Below, one piece after another: positions 43,676 through 56,850 of a stretch of DNA of 64,000 nt. The stretch lies in assembly GCF_009914755.1 (NCBI RefSeq), contig NC_060925.1, one strand, 5' to 3'. The notes under the pieces were generated by a model, which saw only the letters and a program-made list of their open reading frames with translations, was not told the origin of the DNA and did not search any database. The stretch's first letter is position 1. Each line of letters begins with the position of its first letter. A program made the position numbers and the translations under genes. This DNA is from the human T2T-CHM13v2.0 reference genome, Homo sapiens.

Positions 43676-43986
43676 TGTATTGAAATTAAGACTTTCTTTT
43701 GCAAGTTATGTCTTATACTGTTTTAAACAGAAAATGAAATATCTATCTCATGCAACTTAAAATCAAATGTAAGTCCTACTTCTGGATTGGCTTGATAGGA
43801 AAGCTCAATGGAAGTGACCAGCTGCATTTTGTCTGACACTATAGACTGACTATGCCCATGTTTCAGTCTTTCCACAAGGCTGCTTCCTACATAGTGAAAT
43901 AATAGACAAAAGAGCTAAAGATTTCATGTTTTTAAACACTATAACTTGGGAAACACAAGACACATTTCCATCTTTGGAATTCAAAC
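43676..43986 (-). mobile_element. Old MLT1(J/K-like) LTR relic hosting the MER9 insertion
   Basis: tgtattgaaattaagactttcttttgcaagt...ctcatgcaacttaaaatc...ttctggattggcttgat resembles MLT1J/K. Confidence 0.4.
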
Positions 43987-44500
43987 TGCTGAGACCAGCT
44001 AGGTCCGTGAGACCCTAACCCAGCGGTGCTAGAGGAATTAAAGACACACACACAGAAATATAGAGGTGTGGAGTGGGAAATCAGGGGTCTCACAGCCTTC
44101 AGAACTGAGAGCCACAAACAGAGATTTACCCACGTATTTATTGATAGCAAGCCAGTGATAAGCATTGTTTCTATGGATTATAGATTAACTAAAAGTATTC
44201 CTTATGGGAAATAAAGGGATGGGCCGAAATAAAGGGGTGGGACTGGCTAGTTATCTGCAGCAGGAGCATGTCTTTAAGGCATAGATGGCTCATGCTATTG
44301 TTTGCGGTTTAAGAACACCTTTAAGCAGTTTTCCGCCCTGGAGTGGGCCAGGTGTTCCTTGCCCTCATTCTGGTAAACCCACAACCTTCCAGCGTGGGCG
44401 TCATGGCCATCATGAACATGTCACAGTGCTGCAGAGATTTTGTTTATGGCCAGTTTTGGGGCCAGTTTATGGCCAGGTTTTGGGGGGCCTGTTCCCAACA
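43987..44500 (-). mobile_element. MER9 solo LTR (HERV-K HML-3), 514 bp
   Basis: Reverse complement begins TGTTGGGAACAGGCCCCCCAAAACCTGGCCATAAACTGGCCCCAAAACTGGCCATAAACAAAATCTCTGCAGCAC and ends GCTGGTCTCAGCA (TG...CA); TSD CAAAC/CAAAT. Confidence 0.92.
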
Positions 44501-44879
44501 CAAATATAGGTCAGTCACAGGCATGGACTCTATTTTGTTACTTGCCAACCCCTGAAGGAGTCACCTGGCTATGGGTGTGGGAAATACATACTAGTTACTA
44601 GCTTGAGATGACTTTTAAGGCTGGTGTGAGATAAATATTGGTGAGATTGTAGGAGAGGTATATTTCACAAAGAAAAAGCATTGGACTACTGATTAAATAA
44701 TAAATTATGGATGTGTGGGGCAAAGAACAAATACCTATTATGCTAGGTAAGTGTCTTGAATAAGTTGTCAATAGTGCATACTTTTCTTCTGATTTACATT
44801 TCAGAAAGCTACACTCTATCAATTTATTAAAATTTCTGTAATCACATCCACATTTGGTTAATGACTACTTTTTGAAAAC

Positions 44880-46305
44880 CATTAACTCCTTTAATAAATA
44901 TTAAGAGCACCTTATGTCCTTGCTACTGTTAATATGCACTTTGGATAGATTCATAAAGCAAGTAGATAGTAGTCTTTGCCCTAACAGAGCTGGCATCTGG
45001 GAAGAGGAGACACCAATATGCATTAGACCTGCTAAATTAAGAAAAGTATAAATATGCAGGCTTGTCATGAAGCAAAAGACATTTGAACAAGAGATTAAAA
45101 GAAGTGAGAGAGTTTGCTAAGTGGCTGTGAGGAGGTACAGGTTTCCAGGCAATGGCAAGAGGGATTACTAAGATCCCATGGGAACAAAATGTCTAGAGGT
45201 AAAATAACAAACAATAGGGAGGGTGGTTTTGCTCAAGTGAAGTGGCCTCATGAATTGCAGAAAATGTTTGTGTTTAGATCCAGGTATAATCAGACAGAAA
45301 ACCATAGTAAGGATTACAGAGTTTTCTCTGAGTGGTGTGGACAGGAATTCAGGATATGAACAGAGAGATAGTGTGATTTGATTTATATTTTAAAGAAATC
45401 GTACTCATGTGTTTAGAAAACTGTAGGAGGGCAGGAAGAAAGATCTACTGAAAGGATGGTAATCCTAGGGAGATTATTATAGGGGTTCTGAACAGAGTGA
45501 AGGTTGTGAAGGTGATGTGAGGGTATAGGTTTTAGATATATTTTAATGGAGAAGCTGTGAGGATTTTCCGACGGCTTGAATAAGGCATGTCAGAGAAAAA
45601 CAAAGGAAGTATGAGCCATTTTAACTTATTTAGCCTTGGCGATTGCAATCAAGAAATTTTCTTCAACTGAAACAAAGATAATAACTTGAACCAGCATAGT
45701 ATGATCAATATTTTGTTATTGATTTATTAACTTTGGGCTATGAAATGAATACTTATCAAATTTTATATTCATACAATTATCCTGAGATATTTTTAAAATG
45801 CAGATTTAAATTTCAGCGTTCTGGAGTGGGGCTCAGAAAAATGCATTTCTAATATTCTCCGAGCAATGTTGACATCGCTCATGCTTGCACCAAATTCTGA
45901 ACAGCAAAGTATTAGAAATTCAAACGAGAAGCTGACTATGTGACTGGTTCTTAGAGGAGATGTCTGGCCTGTAAATAAAAAGTTAAAAGTGGGCAAAATA
46001 TAGATGATATATAGAACAACAAGGTTTCACATCACCAAAAGAAACACAAAAGCACCTAAATCTGACATCATGGGGTCTCCAGAATTAAGATAATAAGGAG
46101 AAGGAACAGTAATGAAGACTGAAAATGGGTGAACAGTAAGATAGGAAGATAAGTAAGATCATTATAATGTACTAGGATTTAGGTAAAAATGTATCAAAAA
46201 AGGAATAACAAGATGTATCAAATGGTTTTAGCAGGACAATTAAGGTGAAAACTGAATATGGCCCATCACATGTACTAATGTGAAGGTTATTGGTGATCTT
46301 CTTAA
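44880..46305 (-). mobile_element. LINE-2 relic with an internal MER5A-like piece (~45780-45910)
   Basis: ttaataaatattaagagcaccttatgtcc...tctttgccctaacagagct (reversed L2 3' end); aaaatgcagatt...ctggagtggggctcagaaaaatgcatttctaa (MER5A-like). Confidence 0.65.
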
Positions 46306-46308
46306 AAA

Positions 46309-46977
46309 TAGCTTGCCAAATTTAATTATTCCGTAGTGTACACATGTATCAAAACATCACACTGTATTCTAAAAATACAGTGGTACCCCTTTGGGGGACA
46401 TACTCCAAGACACTCAGTGGATGCCTGAAACCATGGATATTGATATCACTTAACCCTATATATACTGTCATTTTTTTCCTTTGCATACATACCTATAATA
46501 ATTTAATTTCTAAATTAAGCACAATAGGAGAAAAAACAACAAGTTATAATAAATTATAATATACTTTAATAATAGTTATGTGAATGTAGTCTCTTTCTCT
46601 TTCTCAAAATATCTTATTTTGCTGTATTCACCCTTATTCTTCTTGTGATCTGTCCATCCTATAAGTGAGTCTGCTATTAAGTAACAAAGGGGCAGATAGG
46701 CTATACAGCATGGATATGAAGAGCAAAGGGATGTTTTTTTGTTTTTGTTTGTTTTGTTTGTTTGTTTGTTTGTTTGCATGGCACCAGATTTCATCATAAT
46801 ACTCAGTGGTATGCTATTTAAAACGTATACATTGTTTATTTCTAGATATTTTATTTAATATTTTTGAACCACACTTGACCAGGTTAACTGAAGCCAAGGA
46901 ATGTGAAACAGCACATAAGGACAGCTTTGGGGACAATTTGATACAATTATTGTTTGTCAACTAATAAATAAATAAAT
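46309..46977 (+). mobile_element. L1M extreme 3' end split by MER44 (46309-46377 and 46941-46977)
   Basis: tagcttg...tgtacacatgtatcaaaacatcacactgta | atacaattattgtttgtcaactaataaataaa. Confidence 0.7.
46378..46940 (+). mobile_element. MER44B-like Tc1/mariner (Tigger7) non-autonomous DNA transposon
   Basis: TA|CAGTGGTACCCC...GGGGACATACTCCAAGACACTCAGTGGATGCCTGAAACCATGGATA...TAACTGAAGCC...ATAAGG; ~560 bp. Confidence 0.82.
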
Positions 46978-49809
46978 GGAGAGTGAAAAAATACACACGC
47001 TCACAAAAGGAATAATATATTTAGTGCTGAAGGCAAAAGCCAGAATGTGTTGAAATCTGCCCTGATTTATCGTTGGTTGATTCTCTCCTTACTTCATAGG
47101 CTGCTCATTCCAGCTTCTTTTTATATGGGTCTTTTTCTGTATATTTAGGTGTTCCACCTAGTTATGTTTTTTTCTCTGTATCTTTTTCTCTTTATTAAGT
47201 ATTTTGAAATAGTATCTCATTTTCAAAGATCAACTCCTTGCTTATTTTTCCAGATACAACTTTCAAAGTTGCCGCGTTTGAAATTTAAGTTCTGTTAGCC
47301 CAATTATTTGTTCATTAAATAAATAATTTTGAGCATCCCAATATGCCAGTCGTTCTACAAAGTGTTAATTCAAGGTAAAGGATACTTATTACGTAATGAC
47401 TACCCCCAACTCTTACACATATTCATTACCACATGGACCTTCTTCCTTTTTCCTGCTCCCCATTCACTTGCTATTCAGCCTTTACAATATACTTTAAAGG
47501 GTTATGAAAATCTCTAATCTAATTTCTAGAAACAGGTGAAATAACATGAGGCTAGATTTTCATACCAAAAAAGCCTATTAGGAATACAAAGTAAAGGTGT
47601 GCACAGAAAATAAATATTATGCGAGTTTATTGGAAACCTCATCACCTAAAAGACACATTTTACCATAGCGAATGATACATTTTAGAAGGGCATTATGAGT
47701 ACACAGAGACCTGGAAATGGCTATCATTTTAGTTTTTGTATTTTATGTAGTGGAATGAATGAAAATGAAGAAATATTATAATTCAGAAAAGGACTGTCCA
47801 AGGCAGCTAAAGAGGGTCACAGGAACTGTACTTGTACCCTCTAGTCTAAAAATGTAAATTTTATAAAATTAGACTTTTGTATTGGAAAGCATTAGTGCAC
47901 CTAAAACTAATAGTATAGTGCTTATTTTATATTCTCTACTCGGATATATTAGCCTTATAAACTTTTCTCACTTTGAATCTTTTATTTCAAAAGTTCTAAT
48001 TCTTAATTTACATTTCCACGGCAAATTTTATAATCCATAAAGCATACAATAGAATAATCAGAGGTGTAAAAAGTTTGTTGCCTGGAGCACAATAAGTAAT
48101 CAATAACCTCAATAATATAAATCATCCTTAAAAATATTAAGACAGTTTGGATTTAATATCTCTATGGAGTTTAGAGCAACAGGCAGTACCCTTCATTGAT
48201 AATTGCATCAATGTAGATTTTAACTTCTCTAAAATATGATAATTACCACCACTGTTTAATGTGTCCTTAAATGAACAGAGTTAAATTTTCTTCTTTTCTA
48301 TATAGATTTTAAGAAATATAAGACAGTCACAATCACTTTACTTATTTATTAGACTTTTCATAATATGTTTTATTGATATTTGTATTAAACTTTTTTACTA
48401 TATTTAAAAGACTATTTGTGAAGTACTATAAGAATAAATAACTTACATTCTACCAGTTATATCTTAGGGAGAATGTGTGAGAGAGCCTTTGGCAGAATTA
48501 CAAACTTATTAAATCATATTAATTTAAATTTTAATAGCATATTTCAAAATGAGTATTCGCAATGTCAGAACATTTCATGGCATGTTTTATGATAATGTCA
48601 TTATTTAAAACACTAAGTGGAAATAAACATAGAGAACATCCTTTCGTCTATGTCTATATGCCACATACATGCTATTAAAATACATATTAGATTTAAAATA
48701 TGACATGTATGTTTCAGATGAGAATTAACAAATGCTACATTAATTTTTTTAGAGACATAAAATCTGATCGCAGTGATTACAGCATAAAAATTTAAATGGA
48801 ATTTTAAAATGACATCATTTTTGATGTTTGACAAATTTTGTTATATTCTAAAACCTTTGAAATATTAAAGGTCATTAACATACATATATATTTGAAAGAT
48901 AAAACTATAGCTAGATCACATGCAAATATTTAAAGGTTACTGAGTCTGCCTATATATTTATTTACATGAGAAAAGAAATATTTATGACAAATCAGAACTT
49001 TAATTTTAACCCTATGTTTTGCCTTGAAGAATTACCACAAGCAGACTACATAGGTGCTGAATACTTCTGAAAGTAGAACATAAACTCAGTGATGTGATAT
49101 TCTACTACATGAGAAGCAATAGAGACAACAAGCCTTTGACATAGTCAGGATATTGGCTTTTCTCTTACCATGTCAATTTCATGACTGCCAACTAATTTTC
49201 AGTGGCTTCAGTCAAGATGTTTTGATTTCCTGAGCCTCTCTTTTCACATCTGTAAAAGATTGGATTCAAGTATCTTTACTTTAAAGAGAGCATTAAGGCT
49301 TTTGTGTACATGTCTCAAATTTTACTAAATAAATCAGTAAATATATTTCTAAAGTTTTATAGATTTTTACAAAAAATAATGTAACAATTACAATAAAAAT
49401 TCTGCATTTTATAATATTTCTGAAAACTTTTAAATGTTCTAATAAATGCTAAATATTTCTGCAGTTTTATATATGTTTAAATAAAATGAGTAATACAAAT
49501 TTACATTTACATATCTCATATATATATCTTAACAACTTATCCAAATAAAATATAAATTCAAAAGTATTGTCTGCACTCCTACCCATGTAAAAATAAGCAC
49601 AAAATAATAATAACAAACAACAATCAAACAAAAAGACAAGATTCTTTCTAGTTCTTTGCTTTTGATATAACTGTACTACTATCTGGTGATACAGGAGTCA
49701 TATTTGATGCACCTGTTTTCTCACTTTTTTCTGTCCAATTCTATTCTACATCCATTATACTGTACTTCATAAGCATCACTTAATTATGTTATTTTTTTTA
49801 ACCAAAAAA

Positions 49810-50110
49810 CTAGAAACATCTCATAAACTGTCACAGCCAAATGAAAACGAAGGAGACAAAATGACGAAATGTAACTTGGCTCCCAAGATGGGATCTTAGT
49901 ACAGAAAAAAGACTTTAGGTAAAACCTTAGGAAATCTTAAGCATGTTTGTACTTTGTTAATAATAATATGTCAATATTGGTTCATTAATTGTGAAAATGC
50001 CATACTAGTGCAAGATGTTAATAATATGGGGAAATTTATTGTGAGCTATATGGGAACTCTTTATTTTTCAGTATTTCTGTAAATATTCTGAAACTTTTAA
50101 AGCTTATTTA
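49810..50110 (+). mobile_element. Old L1 (L1MC/MD class) 3' end
   Basis: aactgtcacagccaa...gaaatgtaac...gatgggatcttagtacagaaaaaagac...caatattggttcattaattgtg...tatatgggaactct. Confidence 0.75.
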
Positions 50111-50971
50111 GAAATGTCAAAGAATTTAAAGACACTGCAATGGTTTTGAAAGCAAAGGGATAACTATCTTTTAACTTTCTGCTCTTTGAGATCCAATGTA
50201 GAGTTTAGAATGAATCAGATGAAAGATATCTGGTCCTCATTAGTAATGAAAACAGAATGGAAATGTTGTTAAATCATCTGACACTATTTGTTGTGTAGTT
50301 TTCTTCTCATCACATATTTAGTGGGCTTCTGAAAATCCACCAGTCCATAAGAAGATGTCTCTGTAGCCATTTTGGAGGTTTAAGTTTGTTCTTGAGTAGG
50401 TGCTAGCAAAGGATGAATAGGAAAAAAATTCTGAGTTATTGAATGTTTATAAAAAGTAGTCTTTGAATTTTAATAATTGAAGATCAGTTTGGCTAAATTA
50501 AAAAATATAAATACATAGATAAATATGCATATCAAAATAAATATATATTTATTTCAATTAAAGCAAAATCATGTATATTTTCTTCTTGAAAAACCTATGA
50601 GGATATGGATCTGGTATTTTTCTTTCACAAGTGACGTAGCCTTTTTGCCTAGACGTTCAAACCATTTATTTATTTATTTATCTATTTATTTATTTATATT
50701 TAAAGATCAGTCATTTTACTGGACATATTTTTCTCTTGGCTACGTAGTTCAATTTTCCCAGATACTAGGTCTATCCTTTAAAAGCTTATATGGTTTCAAG
50801 AACTTTTTGAAATTCAGATAATTTTACATATATTACAATAATGCTATGTTTCTGTTAATGGTGATTGTTTCTCTTATTCAGGAACCCTCATACATATATA
50901 TGATTATGTATGTATGATCATGTATTATATATATCATATGCATATGATTTACTGAAAATATACATATGATT

Positions 50972-51060
50972 GGTAGACTATATCAATATCTAGAATCAAA
51001 TTACTCCTTTTGGACAAAGCCCTTCACTGTTAAATATCAATTTATATTTGATTTCCTGGA

Positions 51061-51104
<44 letters not shown>

Positions 51105-51869
51105 ATAATATATATATAATGTGTATATAATATTTATCTGTGTTTTCTATCTATAATTGTTAGTGCTTACTACATTTTTGTTAGTTTTACTTGTTATATC
51201 ATTTTTTTCCTTAGTCATCTTTTAGTTCTGTAAGGCTGGGGTTATTCCCTATTATTCTCTTGGTGGTTGTCTTCTTAAATAATCATTTTCTTTTTTATTA
51301 GCTAAGTGAATTCACCTCACTTTTAATTTTTTTCTCTAATCATCTAAAGTCTGATTTTTTTTCTAATTCTGGTACGTTATTTTTCATAGCTTTTATTTTG
51401 CTCATTGAAAATATTACTTTACAATACTCTTATGTTTTGGAGAAGCGTTATTTTCATTGTTTCCTGATTTGCTCCAATCCTTTTTGTGTGGTCTTCTGAT
51501 CTTTTATATTTCCATAAAATAACTTGTATGAGAAGTAACTATGATTTTTTTTCTGTTACCTATCTAAAAGACAATGAACATTATCAACACTTTTAGAGTC
51601 AGGTAGCTAACTTTTCCTAAGTTAGCTTCTCTACTTTCATGACTCTAGAGATGTCTTTTGTTGTTTTAATTGTATGTTAGAGCTATGGTCTTGTAGTCAC
51701 TGAGATAGTCCTCCACTATTAACCCCCTCCCAAGTTATCTAGAAAGTATCCTTATTTTCTCTTTTGCAACCATCCTGATCATTTTGAATACTCTATCCAA
51801 TTGATATTCAATGGTGGAGGGCTTTGTCCAAAAAGAGTAATTTGCTTTCAGACATTCATATAGCCCACC
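50972..51869. repeat. 71-bp inverted repeat pair (50972-51042 / 51799-51869), ~83% identical, 756-bp spacer
   Basis: CAAATTACTCCTTTTGGACAAAGCCCT versus AGGGCTTTGTCCAAAAAGAGTAATTTG; 12 mismatches in 71 nt, no gaps. Confidence 0.93.
51064..51130. repeat. (AT)n interrupted microsatellite
   Basis: Read directly. Confidence 0.95.
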
Positions 51870-53199
51870 GATTATTATTCTGTCTCCTTGCCCTTAAACA
51901 AGGTACAGTCTATAGATCTTTTAGTTTAGATTAATCACTATTAGTCTTTACTGTTCTTTTAATGGCCAGTGAGGACTATAGAAATTGCTACTATCTGGTT
52001 AGCCATGCATTCCTTTATCTTTTTTTTATTACTTTACACATATTTTTATTGCATGTGAGTAATATAGCTGTTGGTGGCCTGTCCATATCTGCATATATTG
52101 CCATGGATTTTTGCTTCATTCTAATAGAAACCATGCGTGTGTGTGTGTGTGTGTGTGTTTACTTTTTTAAAAAATAATAATTTTTCTGTGTGTGTATGCA
52201 TAGATAGAAGCATGAAATGTTATGTATTATGTTAGCAACACTACCCCATGAAGGTCTTCAAAGAGGTCTAGAGTGGGATAAGAATGAATTAGTGACTACT
52301 CCTGCATTTTCTGACCTATTGCATCACAAAAGTATAATTTACATTATTTAAAATATCATAAAGTAGAATGAAATAATAAAGTATGGCATACTATAAAATA
52401 CAGTAAATAACTCTGATGTTCTGTTTTTCAAAGTATAATTTCTACACCACTCATATCAGAAAAAGCTAGTATGATTACTTAAAATGCAGATTCCTCTTTC
52501 CCATCTCCTAAGTAACCAAGTCAAATTCTGCATTATTAAAATAATCCAAAGGTGATTCCTTCACACATTAAAAATGAGTAACCATTTTCTTAAGGAGAAA
52601 AAGTTTACAATATTTTCTAAAGCGACCTTTATGGCATTTTGGCATGCTTACTTTCTTTTCCTACTTCTATGTATAAAGTAAATATGTACAAATATCTTTG
52701 CTTAATTATATACCAACTTTTGCTTCGAATCACCGTGACAACCAGAGAAGTGACAAGCAATAACATGGCATGCATTTTCCTTATATTGAACATTCATGTC
52801 TAGTTCTCATTAATTCACAACAAAAAAGTTTCTCTTTCTATTTCTGCTTTCTTTTAGTTCCACAAGGCAAGCAACAATGCATATTTTAGTAGAGGTTGGT
52901 TGATTGTGAAATAGTTCTCATAGATCAGAATTTGATTCCTGGTGTGGGCAATTCAATGAATCATTTATTATATCATGCACAGGTGTTCATTAGGAAAGCA
53001 TCACACTCTGGTGGAAAGAACAGCTATTCTCTCAAGATCATTCAAGTGCAAAATTGCATTAGGGACAATGATAAGGGATTAAATGACCATAAGTGCTATC
53101 TTTATGCCTGATGTTATAAGCAAAAGAAATGACCCTTGTAGTCCCTATGTTTCAGGCAATAATGTTTAGTCCTTTCAAAACTGATCCAAAATGATCAGC

Positions 53200-54270
53200 A
53201 CTTCCAGAGAATATCACAAACTGGGTGGACTTATACTGGGCTTTCAATACTGTTCCATAGTTTTTCTCTTTTCCTAGTAACCATTTGCTTCAAATTTCTG
53301 AAATTTCTATTTCATAACTTCTCTATATCTCAAGTCTTTAATCCAGTAGCTCTATCTTCGCTCTTGGCATATGATCTAATCACCTATTCCTTATAGAAAA
53401 TGGAAATCAATGAAACAGTCACCACCTTAATCCTCAAATCTATAAATCTATTTTTACTCAGATATTCACTTCTTTGTTTATAGACAAAACAACATAATTC
53501 TCCTCTTCAGATACTATCTCTTCCTTTTTTTCCCTAGAATAATTTCTAATAAGTTCTTGTGTTTACACATATTATCTCATTTCTTTATATCCCACTTGTT
53601 ACACAACACATTGTAAACAGAAATCTAACTCCATCAATCGATTAAAAAAGCTTCATTTAAAGTCCAAAATGGGCTGGGAGCAGAGGCTCATGCCTATAAT
53701 CCCAGCACTTTGAGAGGCCGAGGCAGACGGATCACTTGAGGTCCGGAGTTCGAGTCCAGCCTGATCAACATGGTGAAACCCTGTCTCTACTAAAAATACA
53801 AAAAAAAAGCTGCTGGGCGTGGTAGTGCGCACCTGTAATCCCAGCTACTCGAGAGGCAGCAGCAGGATAATCGCTTAAACACTGGAGGCAGGTTGCAGTG
53901 AGCCAAGATCGCGCTACTGCACTCCAGCCTGGGCAACAAGGTGAGATTCCATTTCAAAATAAATAAATAAATGAAGTCCAAAATGACCTCCATGCCATTA
54001 CATTGAGTAGGCACATTCAAAACTTCATCTTACTTGACTTTCATCAATGCTTCATATACCTCACCACTCTCTTCTGCATAAAGTATAAACCTTCTGTTTT
54101 CCTTGACGCTGAATACTTCTGAGTTTCCCTTATTTCTTGTTATTTACCTTTGATCTCCAATATTTGCTTCTTAAATACTAGCTCATATATCTACCTTCAG
54201 CTTCCTGCTTTCTTAAAACACAAGATCTCATTAAGAATCCCATCTACATCATTGGTGTTAATACCACCTG
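53200..54270 (+). mobile_element. LINE-2 relics flanking the Alu
   Basis: tcttacttgactttcatcaatgcttc...ccactctcttctgc; aaatgacctccatgcc. Confidence 0.5.
53672..53973 (+). mobile_element. Alu (AluS, Sq-like) with 12-bp TSD
   Basis: gatcacttgaggtccggagttcgag...gggcaacaaggtgag; TSD AAGTCCAAAATG at 53660-53671 and 53974-53985. Confidence 0.95.
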
Positions 54271-55562
54271 GTCAAGGTTATGTATAATAAAAATGGTAAT
54301 ACCATTCAACCCTGTGATCAAGATGAAATTATTATGGCATAATACCCATATATACTTTAAATTGTAAATGAGTACTTGCAATTAGGTAATATAATCTCAA
54401 GATGTGCATCTATTTGTGGAGTGAGAAAGTGGAGAAACAATAGGAAAACAAACAAATATGTGACTTGAAACCATCAAGAAATTATCATCTATAATATGAG
54501 ATATGATGTGGAATTATAACCATGTGGTTTGTGTGTGCATATTTAAGTGTATGTATATGCATATGTGTATATATATGTAATCACAGTGTATGTGTATATT
54601 TCATATATCTGTGTGTGTGTGTGTACTGCAACTTCCACATTTTCTATTTCCTTTATAAATTTATTCTACTTCACAACATTTAGCACCAACTGACGTAAAT
54701 ATATATGATGAAAAAAGAAGAGATCCTTAGTCTAGGAAAATCAGGGAAATTTCCATATTGAATATTTTAATCATTAACATTGACGATATTATTTTAAAGA
54801 AGTGTGCCTTCACAACAAGTAGCATTATACTTGAGACTCTACCAAATGTTACAAACCTTAAAAAAGAAGAGACAATAGATACAGACACATTTAGGATAGT
54901 TATACAGGTATCAACCATGCTAATTCAATAGGCTAATAGATAAAGAAAAGTGAGGCTGACTTTTAGGTATGTTTTGTTTGTTCATGAACTACTGTCACTT
55001 GCCCATGCTCTTCATCACTTCTATGCTATAGATATTCTCTCTATGCTATATTAGCTCTATTCTAATCATGGCTATTCTATGAAGATTATAACCAAAGAGT
55101 TGTATTCAACTTCTAATATATTAATTTGTTTCTCATTACTTTTGTCATAATTCTCTTATACATATTAAATTGGTCTGTTATCATATTTAAAATGTCTAAT
55201 ATTAAGAGTGTTCAATCTAAGTAAATGGTGCTGATGATTATGGTGGAATTTTGACAAGTTGATTTCTGCTACCTAAATTTATTCAGCTAATTTGCAGAAT
55301 TATGCTGTGTTTCTTATTAAGATGGTTAAACAGAAATCACTTTCCATAAATTAAGACTTCATTGTGGCTCATTCATTCTGCCTTAACTCAGTTTTTCAAC
55401 ATTTTCCTGGCTGCAGTAGACCCAGTTCTCAGACAGTACACCCTATGCTCAGTTACATTGTTGATAAGCCTTAATAACTTGATTACTTCTATCAACTGGT
55501 TATTCTGCTTTTCTTACCAGGTTGCAAAATATTTCTACAGGTAATCAAGAATATGTGTGTAA

Positions 55563-55933
<371 letters not shown>

Positions 55934-56439
55934 TCAATGAGATCATTGCCATGACATGGGAAGATTTTTATTCCTTTTTTCATTTCCTTAGTGAATGCCC
56001 CCACAGTAAGCACCCTAAACTGTGTTATCTCAGTCTTAGGTTTTGTTATTTTTGCTACTTTTAATTTGAGTAGGAAATAACCTCTTCATAATCTATTTAA
56101 AATAACAAGACTATTCTACATAACTAGCTATTATCATGCTTTTACTTATTTCAGTGTTACTCATATTCCCTGTACTTTCAAAGAAAATTTTTCATTTAAC
56201 CTAGCAAAAAAGTAAGATAAGTAAAGAAATAGAGTACGAGTATTTACGTTCAGAAACCTACATTATTGAGGGGATCAGACAGAGTTTAGAAGTCTAAAAG
56301 ATGAATAGACAGCCAAAACATGAATCTCTGGCCAAAAAGGTGAAAAGGAATCCGTGGAGACCATAAGTGGGAATATAATTCTACGTGGCATGACATCTTA
56401 TGAATCTTCCCCCATTACTACTGTGACTTAATTGTTTTT

Positions 56440-56850
56440 CCCACTACATATTACATACCATCCCACTGACAACCTTATTATTTAAGCATATCACACACTC
56501 CTGCAGTTCCTTTGCACTTTCTTTCTCTGCCTGGAGTGTGCTTCTGTAAATGTCAGTTACTGACTTTCCTACCTCCTTCCTGTCTTTGCTCAAATGTTTC
56601 CACAGCAGATGAGCAGGCCTTTCTTGATCACTGTATGTAGGTAAAGTTACAACCTCTACCACATCTTCTAACTCCTTTTTGAATTTATTGTACTTCACAT
56701 CATTTAGCACTATCTTACAGAACATAGGTATGTTTTATTTTATTTCTATCACCTGTTACTTGGATGAAAGTTCTCAGAAAGTAAAAACTTCCCCAGTTCC
56801 TGTAACAATGCATGGCACACAATACTCATGCAATATTTAATGAGTGAGTA
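56440..56850 (+). mobile_element. LINE-2 3' relic
   Basis: cctttgcactttctttctctgcctggagtgtgctt...aacaatgcatggcacacaatactcatgcaatatttaatgagtgagt. Confidence 0.7.

Noticed and set aside
49335-49510. Degenerate ~110-bp spaced repeat (ATATTTCT..AGTTTTATA.AT)
   Set aside because: Extremely AT-rich, so significance cannot be judged by eye.
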